Assembly: GCF_000181795.1 (NCBI RefSeq)
Contig: NW_003526941.1
Span: 9,500,038-9,562,799 of the forward strand
DNA from: Trichinella spiralis
Lineage: Eukaryota
Direction: 5' to 3'
Length of the DNA stretch: 62,762 nucleotides
In this document: piece by piece, positions 38,693-51,482 of the stretch
How the letters are laid out: every line of letters starts with the position of its first letter
Numbering within the stretch: the stretch's first letter is position 1
The notes under the pieces: generated by a model
Seen by the model: the letters and a program-made list of their open reading frames with translations, nothing else
Told to the model about the DNA's origin: nothing
The model's database searches: none
Made by a program: the position numbers and the translations under genes

Positions 38693-41600
38693 GTAACGGA
38701 TTTGTGGCACGAGCTTACTTCAACTGAACTTGAAGCAATAAAAATTTTCCTAGCGGAAACACTAATCATTTTAAATAGGCTTTTCACAGAATAGAAAGGC
38801 GTTGCAATTTGGAGAGGGAAAGGATGAAAAAATAATAATAATAAAAAGAAGAAGAAGGCCATTGGATTTGAAAATCTGCATTCACAGATTTTGACAATTT
38901 CGCTCGCTTTTTCATAAATAGAATCGAACGTTTCCGTTGTGCAATTAGGTAAAAAAAAGTAAATGAACAAATTGACAATGCCGTTTGTCTGATCAATCAG
39001 CTAAAATATACCAGGTGGAGTGGAAAATAATTGTTCGGAGATGATTCTTTTGTTTTTATTTATTAATTATTTTTTTTACTTCTTCTTTGAAAGATGATGA
39101 TGGCATGTTTCAAATTGGCGTCTCAATTTGATCGATCTATTAGCACATCGTTCTATATATTGGATGAATTAGCAAAAAAAGGAAAAAAGCAAATGGTAGT
39201 AGTTGATTCGATTTTTTTCATTTTGTTTTTATCACAACTTTCCAGTTGTAAATGTTACTGTATAATAATGTATGAGCAAATAATTTTAAAAGAAAATTGT
39301 ATTTTTCGAAACGTCAAGTAATTAATTATTCAATGCTCATCTCAGTTTAAAAAAGCTTTGTGATTATTTTTCGAATTTGAAACAATTCTATTCTATTCTG
39401 TTACATTCAACAGAACTGATTCATCCGTTAAATGTAATAAAACGAAGACAAGAAGGACCAAATTTTGAATAACTAAGTAAATAAAAGCGAAATGCAATTT
39501 TCCACTCGATTTCCGATCGTGCAAATGAAATCAACACTGCCGCCTGAAGTGATGGGAAAAATCTATTTTTGGCATGAACTTATTTTTATGCTAATTTAAA
39601 GCAAGCTTTTAATTTTACTTACTTTGTTTAACTTTTCTCTTTTTCTGCTCAACCAACGATCAGTGCTTTGCTCGCTTGATTGAAGTTTATAGCAAAACTT
39701 CGAAAACACACATTCAGAATGATCTTATCTCATTTCTCAAGTGAAATATTTCAAAAATATTTTACACTACGCTAGGCTGTTGTTTTTAACTTTATTATTA
39801 ATAATTTTCTGCTCATTCAATTCGATCAATCGTTACAATAAATAAATATTTTTGATAAAATAATAAGTAACGAAAAATGCTGTTGCAAATTAACTCAGCT
39901 GCTGAAAGCAATTCTCACCGAAAGTTGACGACAGCAGTGAAATTGCAGAAAAAATATCTTGAGAAGTTTGGTGCAAATTGGACATAAATCACGGGCAAGT
40001 TGAGGCAAATTTTGCAAAATTTTTTGAAAACAACCAAAGCTCAGCGTGAAAGCGCGCTTGTTTTTGCAACGATTATGAAAAATGACTAACCGGGCGAGTG
40101 TTACAGGAAGAAGAAGAAGAAAAAAAAAGATCCAGCAGCTGCTTCGGCAGTGTCCGTCTACTTTGATGATCATTGTTCGAATACCGCCTTGAAATCGACG
40201 CAATTTAAATTAACTAATCAGCAGCTGTTGTCATAGGCAACATGCATTTCTCTAGGCTGGGCCCACTAAGCAAGCAAGGACACAAGTTCGACGTTTCAAA
40301 TGATTCTCGTACATTAAATTTTACGGTTATTCTTCTTAATTTTCACTTTTTCTTCATTTCTTCTCTATTACACAATAATTGGTCTTTTTATAAATTCACA
40401 GTTCTTCATGTGATAATTTAATTATTTTTTCTTTCAAATGAATCATCATCATCATCATCAGCTAAATGAGAATAATGATGACATTGAAATCAGAGTGCAA
40501 TTTGGAAATTTCCATTCACAAATCTCACATTTTGTAAATTTCATATTTTCATTACCAGTTTTGATCAAAATGTACATCAGACATGCATGCATTGATGTAC
40601 AATGAATTTGTGTGAATTCTAGTTTTGCTTATCAGCAAGCACAGTGATAACACATGTAGAGATATTATTATTACTTCAGTTACCCCAACAGTTTTATGCG
40701 TGAATCCAAGAAATAAGAAATTTCATATAAGGTATTTTAAAATTACTAATAAAAAGCAATTTTTTTCTGATGTCATTAATAAATAAAATAATGATTTAAT
40801 TGAATTAAATTTAAATGAGTTGAAACAAAATATTTTGTTAAATAAGATATATCTATGTATGTATATATAACCTGGAAAAGGGTAGAATGAGCGGAAGATG
40901 ATGCATTGCAAAAATAAAAGGCAGATGAATAAGTTGCAAAAAAACTCATAAAATCAGTAAAATACTTTTTTTTTAAGTAAAAAAATATTCGTAGATTGTG
41001 ATTGAACAAAAGGTTTTGCATGCAAATGTATTCGAATATCCAATTATGTTGAATCAGCAGGGCGATATGCTATGAATGACCAGTGGGTGAAATTTTAAGC
41101 TGTGCACCACCACGTACGTTCATATTTTAATTTTATACGTTCAACATGCAAGGCAACGATAGATAGAGATAGGAAAAGGTGGTGAGCGAAGGACAGCAGC
41201 TGCACTTAAATGACAGGCACACGCATTTCTTGAATTGCATAAGTTGAGAAACATCAGGCACGCTTTGCCACCACAACTGAAGCTCTAGTAAATCATCTTG
41301 TTAGAACACAGATCCCGTCTTGAAAGTAAAAGAAGGTTCCTTTTCATCGGCTGTCAACAATAGCTTGAAAGCGTTAAAATGTTTTAACAGTTGTTTTCAG
41401 AGAAGTTTCTTCAAATGTGCAGCAGCAGCAGCAGCTTGGAATGACATCCGAGCTGCCAAAAATGAGGAGGAGGTACATATAATTGTTCTTCAGCATGACT
41501 TTGACTCTGTTCGCACTTTTTATTTGCTTATTTTAAGAGAAATTTTTATCAATGCTGCAAATTGCGTAATAATTTCATTCATAACTAATTAAGATGAAGA

Positions 41601-44392
41601 ATTTTGCCAAAAAATCACACAACTTCTAATTGTTGTAGTCGATTTGATTTGAAATATAAATTTTAAATTGTTATAGTAGTTTCAATTTTAGCGATAAATA
41701 TAATCATCATACTATTCGACGAATATTTTACTAATGGTTAATAAAGTGTTCAATTATTGTTCTAAATATAGATTAACTTTATCTATAAAATCTCCATCTG
41801 ACCTATTAAATATTTCAACTGCAAAAGTACAATGTTCTTCTTGTCAAATGTTGGCACGTTGTGAAACTGAGAATTCTTTTCCAAATGGAAATTTAAGGAA
41901 TAAATTTTACACTTGACATTGTTTCAGAGATTGATTCTGCTAAACAAATGCTTTCCACCGTGATAATTAATGATCAGCTCGATGTTTTTTTTAATATATA
42001 CTTTATACTCTTTTTTCTTTAAATTAGTCTAATAAATTTACATCTTAGTTTATAATATTTAATTAAAATTTATTTCCCTATTACATTTCAAATGATGATT
42101 TGTTTATAAAATGATGCAATTATGTCATTTCATTATTAATAACAATGCCATAATGGATGAATAAATGTATAATTTACCTTTTTCATGAAATGTGGTGATG
42201 ATGATAATAATATAAAGAATAAAGTTGATAACAAGTAGTGTAAAATATATTTCGTGGTCAGTGGAAAGACAGAAGTACAGGTTAGCTGAAAAATCAATTG
42301 TAAGATTTGTCTTGGCAGTAGTTATATATATATATATATTGTTCAGAGAAAAGTAAACTTTTCCTTCAACTTGATCACAAAGCTTTATTGGTGAAGCAAA
42401 TGAATCGAGGATAGAAGCTGACCCGCAGAACGGCAGCCAGCATCACCACCACCAACTAGCATGATGACTTCTGTTCACACTGAATAACAACAACTTCAGC
42501 AAGTCTAATAAAATTTGGTCAACGTCGTTGCTTATATATATATATATATATGTATATATATGTGTTCAGTTGACTTAGCGGCAATACGTGACCAGTATAT
42601 TGCGTCAGCATTTAAAGCTAGCCCCGGTCATTTAATGTTGTTGTTCAATGACCATTTCAATACTTTGCAATCTTCCATTCTTCAATCAATACATGCTAAT
42701 TGACAATAGTAAGTGAAAATACACGACCAAGCAACATGTAAAACAGAATAGAACAATTTTTTTTATTATATATACTTTGAAATGTAATTCATTCATCATA
42801 TTTTCATAACAACAATGCTGTATACATATTATATGTATTTGTAGGATTTTTTTTTCGTTTTATTAATTTCATTTTTTCACAAGTACAACTTAGAAGGGAC
42901 ACGATTTTCAACTAAAATAGAATAACAAACGAAATTTCACACTTGTTAATTTTATCATAGAACGTTGGTGATGATGGTGATGAAATAGATTTACAAAAAA
43001 AGAAAAAGAAAATTATTCACATCCACTGACGTCATGATGTAATTTTTGTTGGAAGAAGAGTAGAACAGAAAGGAAAGAAAAAAGAATACAACATCCAAAA
43101 ATTGACATACACTTGAAGCTGTGGTCAGATCGAAATATTAGCTAGTTAAACGAATAGACAGGGGCGAGGCTTAAAACTTCCGCTGCGGATTTGGACGAAT
43201 TGGCCAGATCGATTCTCAACGGTCAAGCGGCCATCTCCTGACGATTCTGCCAATTACATCCACTGCACACATGCACACACAATTGATAAACGAACGCTTA
43301 GAATAATAGTCATGGAAAAACTGACTTGCCGAATTTTCACTTTCACTTACTATTACTTTCTATTCACTTTGCTGAATTTTCAGATTTTATCAATTTCAAC
43401 ATTTGCCAATTCTGTTGCGAAATTATTGCACAGGCAAAGTTAATCAATTTTGCAAATAACAAAGACAAAAAAGCAACAACACCACCAGCAAAGGCTTTTA
43501 TGAAAATTTCTTATTCATCTGTTTTTTCTACTTTCATCTTTTCGTTTAATTTGAAATTTATACCTCGTATATGCTCCATTGTTGTTTCTATTTTGCTAAC
43601 GTTATGCTTGGATTTTATTGTTCAACTCTTACCTGCGATTTTTTATACCGTTTGCGTTTGTTCAATTAAGAATTGGCCTGTTTCAAATGAGCGCAGTTGA
43701 TTGCTGTTTGAAGCAGAATATTCAATCAATGCGCGCACAAATCGAGCCAAATTCAAATTAATGCTCTCATCAAAACGAGAAACTCCAATTCTTTTGAGCT
43801 TCGACGACGTAAAATTTCGACCGAGCATCGTCATCTTCGAAATAATAATTTAATAAAATAAGGTAACTGAAAATAGCAAAAACAAAGCATAATGAAACTG
43901 CATAATTACGCATGCATATATTTTTTCTTAAATTTCCATCATCTACTAACTTAAAAAAAACTTGCAAATCAGCTACTATCAACTGATCAAAATTTAAATA
44001 ACAATCATTGATTAACGGAAGATTAATTATTATCAACTAATAATAAAATATCTTTATTTCGTATGCCTTTTAAAGAGTCAGATGAAAACTGGCTTTGCTT
44101 TGCAAACTTACATGCAAATAGTAATAATAAAAAGTTAAAGTCTTCCTTACTGAACATAAAAATTTTATTAAAAACAGTCACATTTAAAATAAAAACTTAA
44201 AAAAGGAACATAACCTTCATTAAATTTTTTTTTGATAAGTATTAACCGCCTTCCATAAAATAGTACCTGTGCGTCACTATTTACTATAGGCAATCATAAG
44301 TAAATAAATATAATTAATTCGTGGGGCTGCAGTTCGTATTATATTCTTCTTGCAACGTATAGCCTAAAATCATTTTTGACTTTATTGAGCAA

Positions 44393-44881
44393 ATGGCATC
44401 AGCTCATCGTCCGATAGACAAATTTGGAAAAGCTATTTTGCCGTATATTTATATATGGCTTTTGTTGTTATTTCATTCGTTGACTAAATGGGTGTTTAGA
44501 CCATTTTTATCTTTCACGTCCGTCATTTTAGTAAGTTTATGCTTTCATTTGTAACTCATTAAAATATTTCATTTTGAAGTTGTCATTTTTAAGCTTCCGG
44601 TATTCTCTCTAATGGGTTTTGGTGTAAGTGTAGACAAAATGTTTTATGGTTAAAATATTCTGAGTATTCTGATGTTTACAAAGCATTTGTAGGCCTATTT
44701 TGTGCATTTATTAATTTATGACGTCCGAAAGTTGAGAGACCGTCCCACTGAAGCAGAAAAGTTATTTAAAGTAAGGTTTTTCGCATCAGGTTTTCACAAA
44801 TCTAAATAAATATGATTTTATTAGGAAGTTGAAGATGCTAAAATTGGTTTGAAAGCATTCGGAGTGGATATTGACACATAA
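44393..44881 (+). CDS. DPM3: Dolichol-phosphate mannosyltransferase subunit 3 (copy A), 4 exons
   Basis: MASAHRPIDKFGKAILPYIYIWLLLLFHSLTKWVFRPFLSFTSVIL|LPVFSLMGFG|AYFVHFINYDVRKLRDRPTEAEKLFK|EVEDAKIGLKAFGVDIDT*. Two TM segments plus a C-terminal coiled coil matching the DPM3 pattern LPxxxLxxFG..Y.V...D.PxxAxxL..ExxxAxxxL...G. Not in the ORF track. Confidence 0.8.
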
Positions 44882-45159
44882 TTCACTTTTCTCTCAGCAT
44901 TTATATTATTCTTTTCATCATTTAATTGTGCTTTACATTTTTGTACGATTGAAATAATTGTTACTTTTACTTTCTTCCGATTTTTATGTTATTTTTCTTT
45001 GTTTCAGTTACAGCTTTAAACAAATCGTTATTCCATTCGTTTTTTCTATTAAATATAAAAGTATATGTATTAATTTACCAATTATTACATATAAATAAAT
45101 TAATGTCCTAGGTTTTTAGTTTTTACGTAAGACCCACCTCACTTAGATGTCCACAGAAA

Positions 45160-45169
45160 NNNNNNNNNN
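45160..45169. other. Assembly gap (10 N)
   Basis: Run of n characters. Confidence 1.
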
Positions 45170-45693
45170 TTTTCTTGAATTAGTGTAATAAATGTACATG
45201 TTAGTTTGTAATATGTAGGTTAAAAGTATTTCCGTATTGCATTTCAAATGATGATTGTTTATAAAATGATGCAATTATGTCATTTCATTATTAATAACAA
45301 TGCCATAATGGATGAATAAATGTATAATTTACCTTTTTCATGAAATGTGGTGATGATGATAATAATATAAAGAATAAAGTTGATAACAAGTAGTGTAAAA
45401 TATATTTCGTGGTCAGTGGAAGGACAGAAGTACAGGTTAGCTGAAAAATCAATTGTAAAATTTGTTTTGGCAGTAGTTATATATATATATATATATATAT
45501 ATTGTTCAGAGAAAAGTAAACTTTTCCTTCAACTTGATCACAAAGCTTTATTGGTGAAGCAAATGAATCGAGGATAGAAGCTGACCCGCAGAACGGCAGC
45601 CAGCATCACCACCACCAACTAGCATGATGACTTCTGTTCACACTGAATAACAACAACTTCGGCAAGTCTAATAAAATTTGGTCAACGTCGTTG

Positions 45694-45732
<39 letters not shown>

Positions 45733-47565
45733 GTGTTCAGTTGACTTAGCGGCAATACGTGACCAGTATATTGCGTCAGCATTTAAAGCTAGCCCCGGTC
45801 ATTTAATGTTGTTGTTCAATGACCATTTCAATACTTTGCAATCTTCCATTCTTCAATCAATACATGCTAATTGACAATAGTAAGTGAAAATACACGACCA
45901 AGCAACATGTAAAACAGAATAGAACAATTTTTTCTTTATTATATATACTTTGAAATGTAATTCATTCATCATATTTTCATAACAACAATGCTGTATACAT
46001 ATTATATGTATTTGTAGGATTTTTTTTTCGTTTTATTAATTTCATTTTTTCACAAGTACAACTTAGAAGGGACACGATTTTCAACTAAAATAGAATAACA
46101 AACGAAATTTCACACTTGTTAATTTTATCATAGAACGTTGGTGATGATGGTGACGAAATAGATTTACAAAAAAAGAAAAAGAAAATTATTCACATCCACT
46201 GACGTCATGATGTAATTTTTGTTGGAAGAAGAGTAGAACAGAAAGGAAAGAAAAAAGAATACAACATCCAAAAATTGACGTACACTTGAAGCTGTGGTCA
46301 GATCGAAATATTAGCTAGTTAAACGAATAGACAGGGGCGAGGCTTAAAACTTCCGCTGCGGATTTGGACGAATTGGCCAGATCGATTCTCAACGGTCAAG
46401 CGGCCATCTCCTGACGATTCTGCCAATTACATCCACTGCACACATGCACACACAATTGATAAACGAACGCTTAGAATAATAGTCATGGAAAAACTGACTT
46501 GCCGAATTTTCACTTTCACTTACTATTACTTTCTATTCACTTTGCTGAATTTTCAGATTTTATCAATTTCAACATTTGCCAATTCTGTTGCAAAATTATT
46601 GCACAGGCAAAGTTAATCAATTTTGCAAATAACAAAGACAAAAAAGCAACAACACCACCAGCAAAGGCTTTTATGAAAATTTCTTATTCATCTGTTTTTC
46701 CTACTTTCATCTTTTCGTTTAATTTGAAATTTATACCTCGTATATGCTCCATTGTTGTTTCTATTTTGCTAACGTTATGCTTGGATTTTATTGTTCAACT
46801 CTTACCTGCGATTTTTTATACCGTTTGCGTTTGTTCAATTAAGAATTGGCCTGTTTCAAATGAGCGCAGTTGATTGCTGTTTGAAGCAGAATATTCAATC
46901 AATGCGCGCACAAATCGAGCCAAATTCAAATTAATGCTCTCATCAAAACGAGAAACTCCAATTCTTTTGAGCTTCGACGACGTAAAATTTCGACCGAGCA
47001 TCGTCATCTTCGAAATAATAATTTAATAAAATAAGGTAACTGAAAATAGCAAAAACAAAGCATAATGAAACTGCATAATTACGCATGCATATATTTTTTC
47101 TTAAATTTCCATCATCTACTAACTTAAAAAAAACTTGCAAATCAGCTACTATCAACTAATCAAAATTTAAATAACAATCATTGATTAACGGAAGATTATT
47201 TATTATCAATTAATGATAAAATATCTTTATTTTGTATGCCTTTTAAAGAGTCAGATGAAAACTGGCTTTGCTTTGCAAACTTACATGCAAATAGTAATAA
47301 TGAAAAGTTAAAGTCTTCCTTACTGAGCATAAAAATTTTATTAAAAACAGTCACATTTAAAATAAAAACTTAAAAAAGGAACATAACCTTCATTAAATTT
47401 TTTTTTGATAAGTATTAACCGCCTTCCATAAAATAGTACCTGTGCGTCACTATTTACTATAGGCAATCATAAGTAAATAAATATAATTAATTCGTGGGGC
47501 TGCAGTTCATATTATATTCTTCTTGCAACGTATAGCCTAAAATCATTTTTGACTTTATTGAACAA

Positions 47566-48054
47566 ATGGCATCAGCTCATCGTCCGATAGACAAATTTGG
47601 AAAAGCTATTTTGCCGTATATTTATATATGGCTTTTGTTGTTATTTCATTCGTTGACTAAATGGGTGTTTAGACCATTTTTATCTTTCACGTCCGTCATT
47701 TTAGTAAGTTTATGCTTTCATTTGTAACTCATTAAAATATTTCATTTTGAAGTTGTCATTTTTAAGCTTCCGGTATTCTCTCTAATGGGTTTTGGTGTAA
47801 GTGTAGACAAAATGTTTTATGGTTAAAATATTCTGAGTATTCTGATGTTTACAAAGCATTTGTAGGCCTATTTTGTGCATTTATTAATTTATGACGTCCG
47901 AAAGTTGAGAGACCGTCCCACTGAAGCAGAAAAGTTATTTAAAGTAAGGTTTTTCGCATCAGGTTTTCACAAATCTAAATAAATATGATTTTATTAGGAA
48001 GTTGAAGATGCTAAAATTGGTTTGAAAGCATTCGGAGTGGATATTGACACATAA
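47566..48054 (+). CDS. DPM3: DPM3 (copy B, within the duplicated segment)
   Basis: Same exons as copy A, offset 3173. The coding sequence appears identical by eye. Confidence 0.8.
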
Positions 48055-48937
48055 TTCACTTTTCTCTCAGCATTTATATTATTCTTTTCATCATTTAATT
48101 GTGCTTTACATTTTTGTACGATTGAAATAATTGTTACTTTTACTTTCTTCCGATTTTTATGTTATTTTTCTTTGTTTCAGTTACAGCTTTAAACAAATCG
48201 TTATTCCATTCGTTTTTTCTATTAAATATAAAAGTATATGTATTAATTTACCAATTATTACATATAAATAAATAATGTCTAGTTTTTAATTTTACGTAAG
48301 ACCACTCACTAGATGTCCAAGAAATGAATGTCAATACGATATATTTCGGTGATAATTTCATTATGAATAGTAAGTGTAAACTGCAGTACTCTTTCACTCC
48401 AAGCATTCAGAACGTAATTTGTACTAAAAATTTGCAAAATACTGTTTATAGGAAATGGCATTTATTGTCTTATATTTGAATATTTTAGTTCTGTTAATTT
48501 TTTAAATACGGTAATATGAAAAAAAACTTTAGGTTATGATGAATTGAAAAAGATTATTTTACTTGTAAAGTGTGATGCAGTTATATTTTAAAGATTTTAA
48601 TTGTTAAAATTTAATATTTTGCTTGCTACAGTCAAAATATTTTTGCGTAAGTTGTTTACAGCTGAATTTTTATTATTGAAAACTGTAATAATTCACGTTT
48701 AAAATCTGTATTTTTACTTTTTCTTATTGCTTCTAATATTTTTTATTGTAGTTAGTGAAAGCTTTTTTCAATTATTACTATATTTTCATTTACACGTTGT
48801 TATATAATAAGAAATTCACCGCAGAAAAAATTCTTTCTTTCGCAAAAGGACCAATATTTTTATTGGAACGACTTGTAAATGCAATGAAAAGTTAATGTAA
48901 AACATCTGATAGAGTTATGGAACATAAATTTTTGTCT

Positions 48938-49781
48938 TTATGAAGCATTCCACCAAGAGATGCAGCCTAAGCCAGTATCGTTCATTGCTCCGTATATTTC
49001 ATAACATTTTTGATTTGTGTTCTCTTGACTATCATCGCTGACCTGAGTTGGAATATCTTTAAAAACTTCATCAATTACTCGAAACCGAACTTTGCTACCT
49101 GAAATTTTTATAAATAAAATAATATTTGTCATGAATGATAAAAGACAGACCTGGTTCCAAAAACAACTCAGCGAAACCATCATCAACTTCATATTGCCAA
49201 GACCATATTTGCTCATTTTGTAAAAATTTAGATGGCTGTGGTAAATATTCCCTTGGGATAAATATATCTTCAAAAAATGTCATTGTAACTAAATTAAAAC
49301 TTGTTCAGCAATTTACATTCGGATGCTGTTTACACAAGCAGTAAAACGAAATGCAAAAATTATCACAACTTACCACTTACGCCGGTACTGTCGCATTTTG
49401 AAATTTCGCCTTTCAATACTTCTCCAATATTAGGATGAAAAACGATCATGTTCCACGTTACTGATAAAACCAAATATTTTGCAATTTCTTTCAATGCAAA
49501 GAGAAGACGAATGAAAAGATTTACCTTCAGTATGCGCTCCGCCATCACCAGGTAATGTAATGCTGTCTCCAATTTCTTCAATACTGTGCACACAAACGCC
49601 CAAGCCATAGTTTAGGATAACCTAAATGTAAATAATTAAATTTGAAAAATACGCTCATCCTATTTATTACCTTATTGATAAACATTTCACCTATTTTTCT
49701 TTCCAAGTATTTAACGACATCTTCACCAAATCGATGTGGAGGAATTCGAATAATTTGACGAAATTTACACAGTTTAAACAT
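48938..49781 (-). CDS. POLR3H: DNA-directed RNA polymerase III subunit RPC8 (C25), 5 exons
   Basis: MFKLCKFRQIIRIPPHRFG...FINK|VILNYGLGVCVHSI...PGDGGAHTE|VTWNMIVFHPNIGEVLKGEI...|VTMTFFEDIFIPREYLPQPSKF...IWSWQY...|GSKVRFRV...GAMNDTGLGCISWW*. Confidence 0.95.
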
Positions 49782-51482
49782 TCTACCTAATGTAATCGAT
49801 ATTTTCCGCCTATAAAAAGAAATCAGTTTAATTTTCTTATTGTCCAAAATGTTTCCAGTGCTTCTTTTTGCTGTTTGATGTTCACTTAGTAAACTACTAA
49901 CTGAAAATGAAATTAACTTCATAAAGTCTCTGCTATCTTTAAAAAAGTCAATGCCAATAACAATCTGTTTATTAAAAAAATTAATTCATAAATTGTTCTT
50001 CAATTCGGATCACTACAGTAACACTATTCATTACTGAATTTCATTTTTGTAATTATTGTACATGAAAGAAAAATGTAATGGATATACGAAAGTAAAAACA
50101 AAAACAATATTATCAAGCACGCTAGCATTATTTAGCTAAATTTTAAATATTTACTTATGCATTACAGTACCCAAAAATAAAAGTAAGGAGTAATATGTTT
50201 ATTTAGTATGATATTGGAACACTCAAAATTTTTGAGTAGCTTTTAATTGATAAATTTTATTGAAAACTATCATATTTTAGCTGCAGAAATTTATCATTTC
50301 CAAAGTGAAACAGAATCTTATCTGATGAAAGAAACCTTGTCTTACTGTTAAAATTAAATAAGTATGTCATTCTATTATGCATGTATGAAAAGTTTCGTAA
50401 ATCTTTTGATGAATATATAAAATTTTTATTCAGTTTTTATTTCAAGTGAATATTATATATTTTTAATTTTATAATAAATGTTTTTTGATTTAATTTTGAA
50501 ATTTAATCAGGAATATTCTGTCCTATAAATTTTACCGTTTACTTTTCAGGGCTTATAAACTATATGAAGATAGCTGAAAATCAAGTAAGTATTAGTGAAA
50601 ATAGTTGAATTGTGTAATAAATGAAAAAAAAATTTTCTTTTTAAATTCAGTAATGTGCAGTTTAAGAAGCAACAAGTTTTGTTAAGTTTTAATTTTACAA
50701 GAGAAAAATCAATTTGTACACTGAAAAAAATTCTTGGTAATAAAAAAATGTACATAAATAATTGTTTAAAGCAGTACATTAGTTGATGAAAAAAAGAAAT
50801 AATGTGAATTTGTTCGTTGAATAAAGAATTTACCCAGTGTTACTGATAAGGTTAAAGATGATAAGGAATAAAATTAGGTCTAGAATGCAAATTTAATCGA
50901 AAACGGTAGAACAAAGCGAGATTATAAAGATAATCTCCATTGCATGCAGCCGTTCAGTGGTCGGTGCTCTCGAATGGTGAATTGTCTGTCTTTTGGCTGC
51001 AGTTGCGCAATATAGGGTCGATTATTGCGGCAACGGCAAGCCGATTGTTTGGTTCATCCACAAGCGTTGGTCTGCGCAGTCAAGTTGCTTTCGGTGAAAT
51101 GGACACCGACTGAATATATCTGCTCAGCTAATGACCCATCGACCGATCGGCAAACGTCTGCGCTTAATTAACGCATATGATGTGAACTGACTCGGGCTTG
51201 GGTAATTTTATCCTGTCGCAATGGTCCAATGGTAATGGTCGATCAAGCATGACAAAGTTGGATGACTGGTTCAATTTGGCACACCTGCCTCAGTTCCCAC
51301 CGGTCACTGGTAAAGTTAATCTGCTTTTGCAGGCAAAGACCGCTTTTGGCTAGCAAAGTAACATAAAATGAAGATCGGATTTGAACTTTCCACCGCCTAT
51401 ACTGATCCGGTGGTCTGGACCAATTTTGAACAACCCGACCAACCAGGTTCGAGAACCAGGATTTAGACTGTCTGATGCTCAG

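Larger units (their letters stand above)
42011..48325 (+). repeat. Direct repeat of ~3.15 kb (about 42011-45159 and 45170-48325) separated by a 10-N gap; probable false duplication
   Basis: Near-identical ORFs at an offset of 3173 (43326/46499, 43643/46816). Mismatches and indels cluster at the gap-facing ends. Confidence 0.95.

Noticed and set aside
43326..43700. 124-aa ORF present twice as a conserved gene
   Set aside because: The recurrence comes from the probable assembly duplication; TTG start and low-complexity composition.
44393..48054. True DPM3 gene duplication, or an LTR/transposon structure
   Set aside because: No internal element, TSD or terminal motifs. The copies abut an N gap and have error-rich ends.
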